A DNA stretch of 64,000 nt from Cladosporium halotolerans (lineage: Eukaryota). Both the position numbers and the translations under genes were made by a program. The notes beneath the pieces were generated by a model. It did not search any database and had not been told where the DNA came from. It saw only the letters and a list, made by a program, of their open reading frames with translations. The DNA is taken from the NCBI RefSeq assembly GCF_011745625.1, contig NW_027191457.1:682001-746000 (forward strand), read 5' to 3'. This document shows, piece after piece, positions 33,800-45,663 of the stretch (the first letter of the stretch is position 1; every line of letters begins with the position of its first letter).

Positions 33800-35746
33800 T
33801 CATGCCTCCAATGGGCGATCAATTGGTGCACCATCAGTGATAGAGCCATAAGGCGTCGCCTCATAGTCTCCAAAGCAAGCGTACTCATACTGCGCCTTAT
33901 CAAAGCTGCTCTCCTGGACCTTCAGGAAAGTCTCCAGCTCGCACCACCCATCATCTCGATCGCCGCACTCTGGGAAGTTCAAGCCTAGCGGCAGCGTTCG
34001 CTGATTCAGAACGAAGTGGATGTACTTCGTCTCCGAGCCTTCGGTGTACACAGCGCCTTTAGATCGGTCGCCGGAAAGCGGAGAAGGCGTCTTGATAATC
34101 TCCATATCTAGGCGGGCTGCGAACGGCGTCAGGTGCGAGACTCTGAGAGCGTAGTCTGACGGCATGTGATCTTGAGGAAGGAGGCCGGCGAATTGAGTGA
34201 AACCGAAGGCGGTGAGGACGCCCATAATGTTCGTGTCGTGGGAGAAGTCGAAGTTGAGGGATTGGTTAAGCGGGAAGGTCTCGGGGTTGTTGTCGAGCGT
34301 GACGTTGATCTGTGCGGTGGGAGAAGAGATCACGTGGTGCTGCAGACGGGCGAGGATTTCTTGCACGTAGCCAATGCCGACTGCGCGGCCAGTAGGGGAC
34401 TGGAATGCATTGTTGCCTGCGAAGGCAAGGTCGATGGAGTATTCATGACCCTCCCATTCTTCGTAATTGAACAGACCGCAAAAGGCAGAGTAACCCAGGG
34501 CGACGGTCTCGTAGGCACACATCGACTGGGCATCGTAGCTATCTGTGACGGTCCAGTTGAAGCCGGGAGCTTGCGCGCGCAAACGTTCAGTAGCGTTGGC
34601 AAGGTATATGCCGGTCCATTCCTTGGTAGCGTTGGACCCGCCGAGGCTTCGGTAGTTGTTTGCATTAGGGCAGTTTTGATATCCCGTAAGAGAGTTGTTG
34701 AAGGTACCCGTCAAATTCTCCCGCGCAAGGACTAAAGTCGCGTTGTTCGTCCACTCGAGGCCGAAGAACCCGGCCAGGAAATACTCGGCCGACTCAATCA
34801 TACGACGCTGAGTAGTAGACCTGGCCACAATCTTTCCATCGTTCGGGTAAAGGTGGCCGTACGAATATTGATGCAGGGTGCCAGACTCAAAGAGCTCCGC
34901 CTTGCCCACGCCCACAAGGATCTCTTGGCCGAGCTTGTAGTCCCAATGGTTAATAAAGCTGAGGTCGTCAGTAAAAGTGACATCACCGAGCACGCCTGTG
35001 GTATAGTTTTTGATCTTTGCAGCCAAATGCTCCACGCCAGCACCTGCGGTAGGATAACGTGCACCGTGCCGGGACAACATGTTAAGCTGGATAATGGAAG
35101 CATTCTCTGGTAAAGAATGCTCCTGCACGCCAAAGCCTTTCGGATTGGAGAAGTAATGGCTCAGCTGGCCATGCTTGTGGAAGATGCTCTCATCATCGCC
35201 AACCTGCCCTTCAATGGGCACTTGCGTCTCCAGTGGCTGAGGAGGAACGTAGGTAGTTGACGCGAAAGGCGCAGGGTTCGTCTGCGCAAGAAAAGCTGGC
35301 TCGCCAGTAGGAGTTGGACCTGTCATTCCAATCAGCTCTTGTTTCGTCTCTGATGTTTCTTGTATCCACTCACCAGGCAAAAGCATTGGCTTTGTTACCA
35401 GGTAATCAGGCACATTGCTCGTCGGCGACGAACCTGCCGCCGAAGCGCTCTGCCTTCTCACCACGCCTGCATCAACGAGCTCCGCCGCCGCTGCAGCAGC
35501 CAAAGCATAGCTGCGGTACAGCATAATGAATTGCACAATAACGACTGCGAAAAGAACAACTTGGCCAAAGAAGAGTGCCTTTTTGCTGATGCGTTCGTAC
35601 CAAGGCCGACGACTCTCAGACTGCAAGAAACGCGGCTGCGGCTCAAACATCTCGGCCTCGGTGATCAAGGAGTCTTTTGTAAGGCCTGTTTCCCCGCTAT
35701 AGAGGTGGTCGGAATCCTCAAAGTCGCGCGCCGACGCACCCGCCAT
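33800..35746 (-). CDS. Histidine acid phosphatase / 3-phytase-like protein with N-terminal TM anchor; in-frame intron 35320-35373
   Basis: RHGARYP and HDTN catalytic motifs; TM LFFGQVVLFAVVIVQFIMLY; intron GTGAGT...CTGAT...CAG. Confidence 0.9.
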   Translation of the reverse strand: MAGASARDFEDSDHLYSGETGLTKDSLITEAEMFEPQPRFLQSESRRPWYERISKKALFFGQVVLFAVVIVQFIMLYRSYALAAAAAAELVDAGVVRRQSASAAGSSPTSNVPDYLVTKPMLLPGEWIQETSETKQELIGMTGPTPTGEPAFLAQTNPAPFASTTYVPPQPLETQVPIEGQVGDDESIFHKHGQLSHYFSNPKGFGVQEHSLPENASIIQLNMLSRHGARYPTAGAGVEHLAAKIKNYTTGVLGDVTFTDDLSFINHWDYKLGQEILVGVGKAELFESGTLHQYSYGHLYPNDGKIVARSTTQRRMIESAEYFLAGFFGLEWTNNATLVLARENLTGTFNNSLTGYQNCPNANNYRSLGGSNATKEWTGIYLANATERLRAQAPGFNWTVTDSYDAQSMCAYETVALGYSAFCGLFNYEEWEGHEYSIDLAFAGNNAFQSPTGRAVGIGYVQEILARLQHHVISSPTAQINVTLDNNPETFPLNQSLNFDFSHDTNIMGVLTAFGFTQFAGLLPQDHMPSDYALRVSHLTPFAARLDMEIIKTPSPLSGDRSKGAVYTEGSETKYIHFVLNQRTLPLGLNFPECGDRDDGWCELETFLKVQESSFDKAQYEYACFGDYEATPYGSITDGAPIDRPLEA

Positions 35747-36355
35747 CACGCGAAAAAACCACTGTCTCGACGGTCAGGCGCAGGTGAGTTGCATTCGAAA
35801 GCTACTGATCGGCGCCCGTGTATCCTTGAGAGGCAGCCGTAAGCTTTAGCGCTTGCCAGGGCTGACAATTGGGTTCTGGTCAATGGTGGTTTGGGCTCCT
35901 GGGCTGGCCGATGTCGCGCGTGAAGCTCGCTCTCCTCACTGCCAAGGCGATTCCGAGATACCCGGTGTTTTTGCAACGGACGATAGTGCACCCCGTGGGG
36001 TAATGTTACAATGCAGATGAGATGCTGGTAAATCCAATGCCGAGTTTGAAGATCTTTACCTACCTGTTGAAAATTGTACACGATGTAGGTGGCGTTTTTG
36101 ACCATGATGGTTGGATCTCTTGCCAAGCATCCTCATCGCGTCAAGCATTCTTACCAAGACATCTGTATTCAGCCCTAAAGGCCATCCTTGCCATGACACA
36201 AAGAAAAGTGATTGATGAAGCGACAGGCGCGTAGTGCAGACTCAAGCGGCAGCCAAAGGCTTGTTCTTTTGAGATTTCGTAATGCTGTTCATACCGCGTC
36301 CAATGTGTCCGTATCCAACCGGCCCTGCGTCGCTAGTCCAATGCACTCACACAAT

Positions 36356-37879
36356 TCACTCTTTTCCAAACCCACCCTTCTCGAACTTTGTGCTGAAGTT
36401 CTCCACCACCTTGAAAGGCATCACGTACACCGGATGCACGTACCCTACAAGATCACTTTCCTCAACGCCCAACTTCTCCATCTTCTCCGGCGTCGGGCTC
36501 TTCCCACTCCAATTGAACCCACTAGTCAATCGCCCACTCTCGGACCTCGTCGGCGCCTCGGTATCGTAATGGTAGTGATTCATAGCCGCCGAAAGACCCG
36601 CAAGGGCGTAGGTAGTGTGGTATCCGTCTGGCTTGGCCGAGGGCTTGTCTCTCATACCACCCTTCTTGCCGGGCTGTTGGGCGCACGTGAGCAGATATCG
36701 CACCAGCGCCTGCTTGTTCCACACATTCTCCGACGATTCTTGCTCGCCCGCGCCAAAAGCCGCTTGCAACAGCGCCCATGTACCACCGATCCATTGGCTG
36801 TAGCACGAGTCGACAAGTTTGTTCGTGCGCCCTGCGTAGCCGCCTTCCGGCTGGGTTTGCTGGCACGCCATCCAGCGAAGCAGAGCAGAAGTATCGATGT
36901 ATTTGGGGATAATCTTGTTGGGAGCGTCAATCATACTGAGGCAACCCATGGCAAGGAAAGCGTAAGCGCCGTGTGCTTCGTCTCCAGGGGTGGCACCGAT
37001 ACCACCTTCGTACGTCTGTAGCGATCGAATGTACTCTCCTAATCCGTCGTCGAATGTCTTTAGACCCGCGTGGCGGGCTGGCGAAGAAGGCGGGAGCTCG
37101 AGTGGAAGGTTGAGAACGGTGATCATGATGAAGGCGCAGTAGGCTCCGCGAATGTCCATCTCGGCATTCTCGGCCATGCGGAAACCACCATTTGGCTGCT
37201 TGATCTTTCCTAGCCAGTGCCACATCGTGTTCCTGTTTACTTCTTCCAAACCGTTGACCATAGCGAGTGAAAGAACGCAGGCATAGCTCGCGGCACAGTG
37301 ACTGAACTGACCGTGACCACCTCCGTAGCCACCTTGTAGGTTTTGCATTGGCCTCACAGTCTCGATTAGACGCTGCCGGTATTGCATCACGTCCTCGCCG
37401 AGGACAGTCAGGCCGGAGAATCCCCAGTAAAACAGCCATGGTCTAGCAGCATCAAGAGCAACGTAAGGTGCCGGCAGGTTTCCGAGGGTTGAGTGCAGGA
37501 AGTTGATGTGCTGCTCACGCCTGAGGTGGGGAAGGCCATACTTGTTCAGCGGTAGATTTTGGTTGTCCTCTCCCAGGAGGTGAGGCAGACATTCGTTTCG
37601 AACTTTCTTGAAGGCATCCGACGATGCTGTGGCATATTCTTCAGGGAACAAGTTCAAAGCTGGCGATGTGAGCCATGGCGGCAAAGGGTGGACGTCTCGC
37701 TTGAGGTGGCTCCCAGGAAATGGAGGGCCGCCCTCTTCGGAGTCTGAAAGCTCGACGATCTTCGCCTTCTCCATGAGTAGATTGTCCAGCGCGTCGTCTG
37801 CTTTGGGTGACATAGGTACGACTTTTCGAGGAGGAAACTTGACGGAGCGTTTGTGAGGTCGATGGCGCCTTGGTTGCAT
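36356..37879 (-). CDS. RAM1: Protein farnesyltransferase beta subunit (start codon uncertain)
   Basis: LDAARPWLFYW, EMDIRGAYC, EAHGAY, GRTNKLVDSCYSQW, RDKPSAKPDGYHT. Confidence 0.92.
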   Translation of the reverse strand: MQPRRHRPHKRSVKFPPRKVVPMSPKADDALDNLLMEKAKIVELSDSEEGGPPFPGSHLKRDVHPLPPWLTSPALNLFPEEYATASSDAFKKVRNECLPHLLGEDNQNLPLNKYGLPHLRREQHINFLHSTLGNLPAPYVALDAARPWLFYWGFSGLTVLGEDVMQYRQRLIETVRPMQNLQGGYGGGHGQFSHCAASYACVLSLAMVNGLEEVNRNTMWHWLGKIKQPNGGFRMAENAEMDIRGAYCAFIMITVLNLPLELPPSSPARHAGLKTFDDGLGEYIRSLQTYEGGIGATPGDEAHGAYAFLAMGCLSMIDAPNKIIPKYIDTSALLRWMACQQTQPEGGYAGRTNKLVDSCYSQWIGGTWALLQAAFGAGEQESSENVWNKQALVRYLLTCAQQPGKKGGMRDKPSAKPDGYHTTYALAGLSAAMNHYHYDTEAPTRSESGRLTSGFNWSGKSPTPEKMEKLGVEESDLVGYVHPVYVMPFKVVENFSTKFEKGGFGKE

Positions 37880-38286
37880 GAGATATATGTGCCCATGCAA
37901 GGTCGCGTGCGTGACAAGGCCTTAGTATTGTTCCCACGTGCCAGGAGACTTTGCGAGGCGCGCAGAAATTCGGCGCCGACTTACTCACTTCACTCCTGAG
38001 AGGAAGCCTGTTGTCCAAAACACCGAATACCACGGTCCGGGTGCGAAGCCCAGCGACACTGACGGAGCACCTCGAGTATTGGCCCTCAAGCCTGTTCTCT
38101 AGCCTGTTGCTACTCAAGAATGCGCCCGAACCAAGTAGCCAGCAAATAACAGGGCGTATACCTACTAGCAGAGGACCAGGCTATAAGAGGAATCATTCAC
38201 ACCCGATTAGCTCGTGAAAGTGACTTGTGCGAATATCTATGGAGGCCATGACTGCGAGCAAGCGGGATTGTTCCTTGGGTGAAGAA

Positions 38287-38312
38287 GGTTTAAGGGTTAG
38301 GGTTGGCCCTAG
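38287..38312. promoter_or_regulatory. Telomere-like (telobox) element in the divergent RAM1/YME1 promoter
   Basis: ggtttaagggttagggttggccctag. Confidence 0.4.
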
Positions 38313-38600
38313 AAGCGCGCGGAAGTCGATGGCGTCGACAGGCCCATGACGCTCGCATTCCCGTTGCCGCCGCCGAGCGCAGCGGCCAACGTCTGGACTG
38401 ACACTGTACTACTGTACCTCTCACCACCGACTCACGTCGCCGCTGCGACACAACCACCTCCCACACACTGTTTTTCCCTCGCTACAGAGACACCCACATC
38501 GCTGTCGTTTGCGCAGAGACCGCAACCCTCACTCTCGCCACCCCACCGGCTGGGCGCCCTCGACAACGACTCGGCGGCTTGCACCGCGAAGTGAGCCATC

Positions 38601-40841
38601 ATGGCCGCCACTACCTCTGTCGGCGAGATGTTCCCGCGCATCGCCATGAGAGGAGCGCAACGGAATATGCCCATGCGCCCCATTGCGCCCCTCGCCCGTA
38701 CCCTCCTCTCTGCCCGCCGCTCGGTTTCCACTGCTTCGAACAAGAGCCCGCTTGCTCTGTCTAAAGTCGCCATCAGGTCTCCCATTCTCGGCCAGGTCCA
38801 GCAGCGCACTCTTTTCGGCACCTCTTGGGGAGCATCGGCAAATCGCAACATGCTCGCATACATGGAGCAGACCGCGAATAACAATCCGGCCAGCGCCACT
38901 GCGCAAAATGCCTTCTACTCTGCCTTACTTCGCTCCAACATGCCCGAGATTGTCGTCGAACGCTACAACACTGGACGCTTCGCCACCAACACCGCTTGCG
39001 ACAACGTCTACAAGAAAGCTCTGCAGCAGATCGGCGCGACCGAGAGCGGCGCAGTCGGCAATGGTATTACGCAGACAGGGCAAGGCAACGGGATTAGCAA
39101 CGAACAACTTCAGGCTATTGGACAAGCGGTCGCCGCAAAGCACTCTGGCGGCAATGTTGGAGTTACTGCTCGCGCTGGATCTGGAAACAAATCGGAACCC
39201 CTCCACGTCGTGGTTGACGAGAGCCTAGGCGCCTTTGTCTTCAGGATGGTCAAGTTCATTCTCATCTTCGGTTTTGTCGTCTACGTCGGTCTTGTCATCT
39301 TCACTCTTCTCGTTGAAGCTCTTGGTTTCATGAAGAAGACTGGAGGCGCACAGAATGCCGAGACCAAGCCTGAGCTGCAGACCACTCGGTTTGCCGATGT
39401 TCACGGTTGCGACGAGGCGAAGGAGGAGCTTCAGGAGCTTGTTGAGTTCTTGAAGTCCCCGGAGAGCTTCAGCACGCTTGGCGGCAAGATGCCGAAAGGT
39501 GTCTTGCTGGCTGGACCCCCTGGTACTGGTAAAACACTCCTGGCTCGCGCCGTTGCCGGCGAGGCTCAGGTCCCCTTCTTCTATATGTCTGGCTCCGAGT
39601 TCGACGAGGTCTACGTCGGTGTTGGTGCGAAGCGCGTCCGCGAGCTTTTCGCCAACGCGCGCACGAAGAGCCCTGCTATCATCTTCATCGACGAGTTGGA
39701 CGCGGTGGGAAGCAAGCGCCACGAGCGCGACGCAGCTTACGCCAAGCAGACCTTGAACCAGCTACTCACCGAATTGGACGGCTTTGAACAGAACTCCGGC
39801 GTTATTATCATTGGCGCGACAAACTTCCCCGAATCTCTCGACAAGGCTCTTACTCGCCCTGGCCGTTTCGACCGCAACGTTGCCGTTTCCTTGCCTGATG
39901 TCCGTGGCCGCATCTCTATCCTCAAGCACCACCTCAAGAACATCAAGTTTGACACCGACGTTGACGCCTCGATCATCGCACGCGGTACCCCTGGATTCTC
40001 TGGAGCTGAGCTCGAAAGCATTGTCAACCAAGCCGCTGTTCATGCATCTAAGCGCAAGGCCGCTCAGGTCTCTCTAGAAGACATGGTTTGGGCCAAGGAC
40101 AAGATCATGATGGGTGCGGAGCGTCGCAGTGCTGTGATTCAAGAGAAGGACAAGATCATGACCGCATACCACGAGGGTGGCCACGCCCTCGTTGCTCTCC
40201 TCACTGAAGGTTGCGATCCTCTCTACAAAGCCACTATCATGCCTCGCGGTCACGCTCTTGGTATCACTTTCCAGCTTCCCGAAATGGACAAGGTCAGCGA
40301 GACCAAGAAGGGTCTCGAGGCGCGCATTGACGTGTGCATGGGCGGCAAGGTTGCCGAGCAGCTCATTTACGGTGATGATGGCGTTTCTACGGGCGCTTCG
40401 AGCGACATCCAGCAGGCGACCAACCTGGCCTACCACATGGTGACCCAGGCGGGTATGAGTGAATTGCTCGGTAACATTGACCTTGCGACTAACTACAACC
40501 GTTTGTCAACCGAGACCAAGAAGCAAATCGAGACTGAGGTTCGCCGCATTATCGAAGCCGGCAAGGACCGCGCTACGAAGCTGCTTACGGAGAAGCGCAC
40601 AGAACTCGACAGGCTGGCCACCGCCTTGGTCGAGTACGAGACCCTTGATAAAGAAGAGATGGAAAAGGTGATTAGAGGCGAGAAGCTCCCCAATAAGCTA
40701 AAGGCCAGCTCGGACACACCGGTCAAGCTTCCCGGCGTGCCTTTGCCGCCAGCCATCGGAGTTCCGCCACCCGTCGGTGGACAGCCTGGCGGTCAAGGCG
40801 GTGGTGACGTTCCGAGACCATACCCTGCCGGCAACCCTTAG
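38601..40841 (+). CDS. YME1: Mitochondrial i-AAA protease Yme1 (FtsH family), 746 aa
   Basis: Arg-rich presequence, one [29 protein letters not shown] zinc motif. Confidence 0.96.
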   Translation: MAATTSVGEMFPRIAMRGAQRNMPMRPIAPLARTLLSARRSVSTASNKSPLALSKVAIRSPILGQVQQRTLFGTSWGASANRNMLAYMEQTANNNPASATAQNAFYSALLRSNMPEIVVERYNTGRFATNTACDNVYKKALQQIGATESGAVGNGITQTGQGNGISNEQLQAIGQAVAAKHSGGNVGVTARAGSGNKSEPLHVVVDESLGAFVFRMVKFILIFGFVVYVGLVIFTLLVEALGFMKKTGGAQNAETKPELQTTRFADVHGCDEAKEELQELVEFLKSPESFSTLGGKMPKGVLLAGPPGTGKTLLARAVAGEAQVPFFYMSGSEFDEVYVGVGAKRVRELFANARTKSPAIIFIDELDAVGSKRHERDAAYAKQTLNQLLTELDGFEQNSGVIIIGATNFPESLDKALTRPGRFDRNVAVSLPDVRGRISILKHHLKNIKFDTDVDASIIARGTPGFSGAELESIVNQAAVHASKRKAAQVSLEDMVWAKDKIMMGAERRSAVIQEKDKIMTAYHEGGHALVALLTEGCDPLYKATIMPRGHALGITFQLPEMDKVSETKKGLEARIDVCMGGKVAEQLIYGDDGVSTGASSDIQQATNLAYHMVTQAGMSELLGNIDLATNYNRLSTETKKQIETEVRRIIEAGKDRATKLLTEKRTELDRLATALVEYETLDKEEMEKVIRGEKLPNKLKASSDTPVKLPGVPLPPAIGVPPPVGGQPGGQGGGDVPRPYPAGNP

Positions 40842-41542
40842 AGTGATTTAAGTGTTTCAATTTTCGGCCGCCAAGGGAAAGAGCCGAGTCCCGGCTCCCT
40901 GCGCCTTCATCATGGGCCTGGTGCACCACCACCTGGCTCAAGTCAAACAGGCCTCACTTTACCCACCGCGACTGTTGCCACGCAGCGCGAAGCGGTCTCT
41001 GCACCGCCATTATACTTTTCCTACCTTTCTGAAAAAGAATAATCGTAGGACACCCAGGCGTCAGAGGCGTTTAGCTGGGTCGGCGCACGGAGCTGGAATG
41101 CTCTCGCAGAATGAGCCTCATTGACGGAGGAGACCACGCCACGGGTTTTAATTCGTCATACGTCTCTTTTCTTTTTTTGGTTATTTCCTTGTGTGTGCAT
41201 AGGTAGCGCCCGGTAGCGAGCATAGGGTAGTCTCTGTATCATTGGCTCTGTTGCAATGCAACGAAAGGTTTTCCAAGTCTGACGCTTCCACATCAAATCA
41301 CACGGTCACTTCTTGTTGCCACCTTGGGTGCCCTACAATCTTGTCCGCAGTCTAGACCAGACAACTCTCGAGCAATCGTGCGAAGGAGATTGAGAACAGT
41401 CGGTACTTTCAAAAAGTGATACGCAGCCTACACGCCAAATAAAAGCCGCCATATTTACACAAGAAAAATTCGGTCCCTTTTTCCACCTCTAGCACTGTAC
41501 ATGATGCTCTTTCACAAAAACACACTTCATGCCCGTCTAACC

Positions 41543-43140
41543 TTACATGCCAGGGGAAATAAGCATGCCCTTCTTACCGGCATCGTGCTGCCAGCCACCC
41601 GCGAGCGCCTCGCCGCCGTTGGTCCTCGCGTGCTCCTGAATCCTCGCCTCAAGCTCAGGCCTGAAGTGCCTGATCAGACCCTGGATGGGCCAGGCGAAGG
41701 CCTCGCCGAGGGCGCAGATGGTGTGGCCCTCGACCTGCTTGGTGAGCTCCTGCATCATGTCGATCTCGCGCTGGCGCGCGGTGCCGGTCTCGAAGCGGTG
41801 CATGATCTGCTCGGTCCACTTGGAGCCCTCGCGGCAGGGCGTGCACTGGCCGCAAGACTCGTGGTGGTAGAACTTGCTGAGGCGGGCGATGGCGCGGACG
41901 ACGTCGGTCGACTGGTCCATGACGATGACGGCCGCGGTACCGAGGCCGGACTGGGAGTCCTTGAGCGCGTCGAAGTCCATGAGCTGGTCGTCGCAGATGT
42001 TCTTGGGGAGGATGGGCGTAGAGGAGCCACCGGGGATGACAGCCTTCAGGTTGTCCCAGCCGCCAGTGACGCCACCGCAGTGCTTGTCGATCAGCTCCTT
42101 GAGGGGAATGGACATCTCCTCCTCAACTGTGGTGGGGTTGTTGACGTGACCGGAGATACAGAAAAGCTTGGTACCAGCGTTGCGCTCACGACCGAAAGAG
42201 TTGAACCAGCCAGCGCCACGGCGAAGAATCGTGGGGGCGACAGCGATGGTCTCAACGTTGGCGACAGTGGAAGGGCAGCCGAAGACACCAACGGCAGCAG
42301 GGAAAGGAGGCTTCAGACGGGGCTTGCCGGGCTTGCCCTCGAGAGACTCGATGAGGGAAGTCTCCTCACCGCAGACGTAGGCACCCATTCCACGGTGGAG
42401 GAAGACATCGAAGTCGTAGCCAGATCCGCAAGCGTTCTTACCGATCAGGCCGGCCTGGTATGCCTCTTGAATGGCGCGCTGGAGGACAGACGCCTCGTGG
42501 TAAAACTCACCACGAATGTAGATGTACGCAGCAGTGCACTGAGAGAATGTTAGCTTTCTGTTCCACCCGCAAACCTCATTAGGACTTGACTTACGTTCAT
42601 GGCACGGCCGGCAACCAGACAGCCCTCAATGAGCTTGTGCGGGTCTTTCCTCATAATCTCACGGTCCTTGCAAGTACCGGGCTCACCCTCATCGGCGTTG
42701 ACCACAAGATATCTGGGGGTGTTTCCCTGCTCCCAGCCCTTGGGGTTCATGAACGACCACTTCATGCCACTGGGGAAACCGGCACCACCGCGTCCTCTGA
42801 GACCGGAGGCCTTGATCTCCGAAATGATCCACTCGTGGCCCTTCAGAACCATCTCCTTCGTCTTGTGCCAGTCACCGTACTTCATCGCGCTCTTGAGGTC
42901 GGCGCCGTGGTGGCCGTAAAGGTTGGTGAAGATGCGGTCCTGGTCCTTCAGGCCGCGCTCGCGGTGGACGGGCGGTGCGTCCTGGACAGTGGCCATGCCA
43001 CGCTTCTGCTGGCCATCCTGCGCGGGAGTCGCGGGCTGAGATGCGGCGGCGGTAGAGAGCGCGCGGACTGCGCCCTTGTTGAGGGAGGTGCTCGCGCTGG
43101 CGGAGGAGCGGAGTGCGGTCTTGGCCGGCGCGGAAAGCAT
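41543..43140 (-). CDS. NDUFV1: NADH:ubiquinone oxidoreductase 51-kDa flavoprotein subunit; intron 42539-42594
   Basis: [56 protein letters not shown]. Confidence 0.97.
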
Positions 43141-44014
43141 TGTGATGGCGGCCAATGCTGGTGCTTGTCGAGTTCGTATGTTCGGCTTCGTCGCCTTCGT
43201 AACTCCCCAGCAAGGTGTCTGGTAAAGGTGTGGAGTGGAGAGTGGTGGCGTGGTGAGGCGTCGAGGTCGATGATGCTGCAGTCGTCGCGGGAGAGTTTGT
43301 CCTGGGCTCACGGCCAATCATATGTCGAACTAAGTCATCCTCGAATACAGTTTAGCGCGATCTCGGAAACTCGACCTTGGCACCTCCTCTCCGCTTATGT
43401 CCGCCTGCGAACTTCAACGAGTAGGCGACTCATCACGCGAGAGAACTTTGCACCTAGTTGAATTGACGAGGAGCTTTTGTTCGGCCGAGGGTCTGTCAAT
43501 CCGTATTGATAGCCTGGCAGTCGCAATCGAAATCCTCCTTGAGGCGTTCCAGGTCGAGAAGGACATTCACGATGGGGGATTCTTGTTCCGCGATCAAGAA
43601 TAAACTCTTCACTCGGAGTTTGTGGCATCCTGGTTGTGGCAACAACTTGCGAAAAAGATATCCTTTTTGCGGTAAGGAGTACAGAGGGGTACTTTTGGCG
43701 CAGACGATACTAGCGAGCAGACACTGTAGTGATTCCCGACTCGAGTCGCGTCGGCTTAACATCCACAGTAAGAAAGTACATTTCAGATTTATGCATTCAC
43801 CTCACATCTAGACCACATGTTCTTCTTCACAACCCGTTCAAATCCAAGCGACCAGTCAAAGATCAGCCCATGCTTAGCCGCTGCATGTGATCACGGAGCG
43901 ACGTATTCGCGCGCTCCGACCAAATCTTCAACCTTTGAATCCGAGAAGGTTGACACACCACCCAACACAGCCGGGAGACTACCGGTACAACATCCCATTC
44001 TAACCACCAGCGCT

Positions 44015-45534
44015 ATGGCTGAAGTCGAAGCGCAACCAGGCCAGTTGCTAAAGCAAACTTTGATTGCCAATGCGACACTCGAGGCCAGCAGGCGGACAGC
44101 CGCGAATAGCGAGAGTGAGGAATTGCTCGATCCAAAAACGACCGATCGTCGATACTGGCGTGATCCGCACAGCGGTACGCAGCGGGAGATATGGCGTCCA
44201 GGTAAGGCTTGTCCAGCGCATGATGATGTTTTAGCAAAAACTAACCAACAGCAGGGGACGGCGATGGCGACATTGAGCATGATCACTTCGAACGTAAGGG
44301 TCCAGTAGCTCCACTAGACAAGCGCTGGCGCCTTTATCAGGTCAGTCATACTGCGGTTCTCCCCTCGGGCCCTCGCAGCGTCCATTCTCCCGGCAAAATT
44401 TTGCCTGCATCCGAGAACGCATATCAAGTGCTAACCATGCCACAGCTATCGCCTGGTCCGTTCACTGCTCGCATTAACGAGCCGCCAAGCAATGTCATCC
44501 TCGATGACCGCGCCGTTTGGGAGATTCTCAACTCGAACATCCCACGCGCCCAACTTGCAAAGCGATGGTCGCACGATTTCAGCGGCCAGGCGAACATCCG
44601 TCATCGCCGTCCTCATCGTGGCCGAGCGGCCGTCAAAGACGAGGATGCCGAAGCTGAGACCGACAAGTACCACTCCTTCAAGACCAGCAACAGCGCGAAG
44701 GTACCACCGTACTACTTCTTTGGCGAAAAGGACTTCACGCCTATTTTCTACCAAGAACTTCCGCGCGCGGCAGAAGAATCCGAGCCCATCGACGACACAC
44801 CTGAAAAGCCGAAACAACACAATCAGTACACTGCTCCCGAACTCCTCGTTCGTAACGGGGCGCAATCCGCAAGCTTGACTAAAGGCAAATACCGCCCTCG
44901 CGTCAATACCTTCCTCCGACGCAGCCCGAGCCCTCCCTGGGTCAAAGACAGGAGCAGGCTATTTGGCGGTATTGGTATCGGTAGAGGACCCGTGACCGCA
45001 CCAGTTACACCGGGCGGATTCGATTTCAGCTTTGCTTCTGCCACCGCACCTATTGGTGCAGCTGCAGCTAAGGAAAGCATGTGGGTGGAGCAGGACGACG
45101 AGCCGGAACAAGAAGAACCTGAAGAGGACGAGGACGGCGAATTCTCCAGCATCTTCGACGTGACCCTCTCGGGCGGGGCATCGGGGAGCGGTGTGGATTC
45201 ATCAACACCAATGGCCCAGGCAGCTATGCGTAAGCGCCGAGCTTCTCCGAGCCACTTCTTTAACCGAACCAAACGCCCCAGACAAATGGGCTACATTGAG
45301 CGTCTCGCGGCCGGAATATCTGAACAAGATGCAATCGCTGAGGCGAATGCCAGATTCGAGGAGGCGACTCAGCAAGCCAATGTCGAGAACAACAATGAGG
45401 ATGTCAACCAGCTCAGGTCAGAGCTCGAAGCTGCCAACAACGCCATCATCGAAAAAGACGATGAGATCGCGCTTCTCAAGGCACAAGTCGAGAGCATGCA
45501 GGCGCAGATGGCACCTGTGGCAGAGGATGATTGA
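44015..45534 (+). CDS. Hypothetical protein with acidic tract, NLS-like RKRR and C-terminal coiled coil; introns 44202-44254 (or -44251) and 44341-44445
   Basis: Canonical introns (GTAAGG...CTAAC...CAG; GTCAGT...CTAAC...CAG) join three ORF pieces in frame. Confidence 0.72.
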
Positions 45535-45663
45535 AGGATGAGGTGTCACAAGGCATAATAGCTCAGGTGCGAGCTCCGGCGGGAAAAACTTCAAGATTGT
45601 CAGATTTTGCTTTTTATCGATGCAAAGTATTGCCCTCCATTTGAGAAATGGCATCACTGCGGA

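Noticed and set aside
41501..43461. 350-aa and 291-aa + strand ORFs opposite NDUFV1
   Set aside because: Antisense shadows of a highly biased gene
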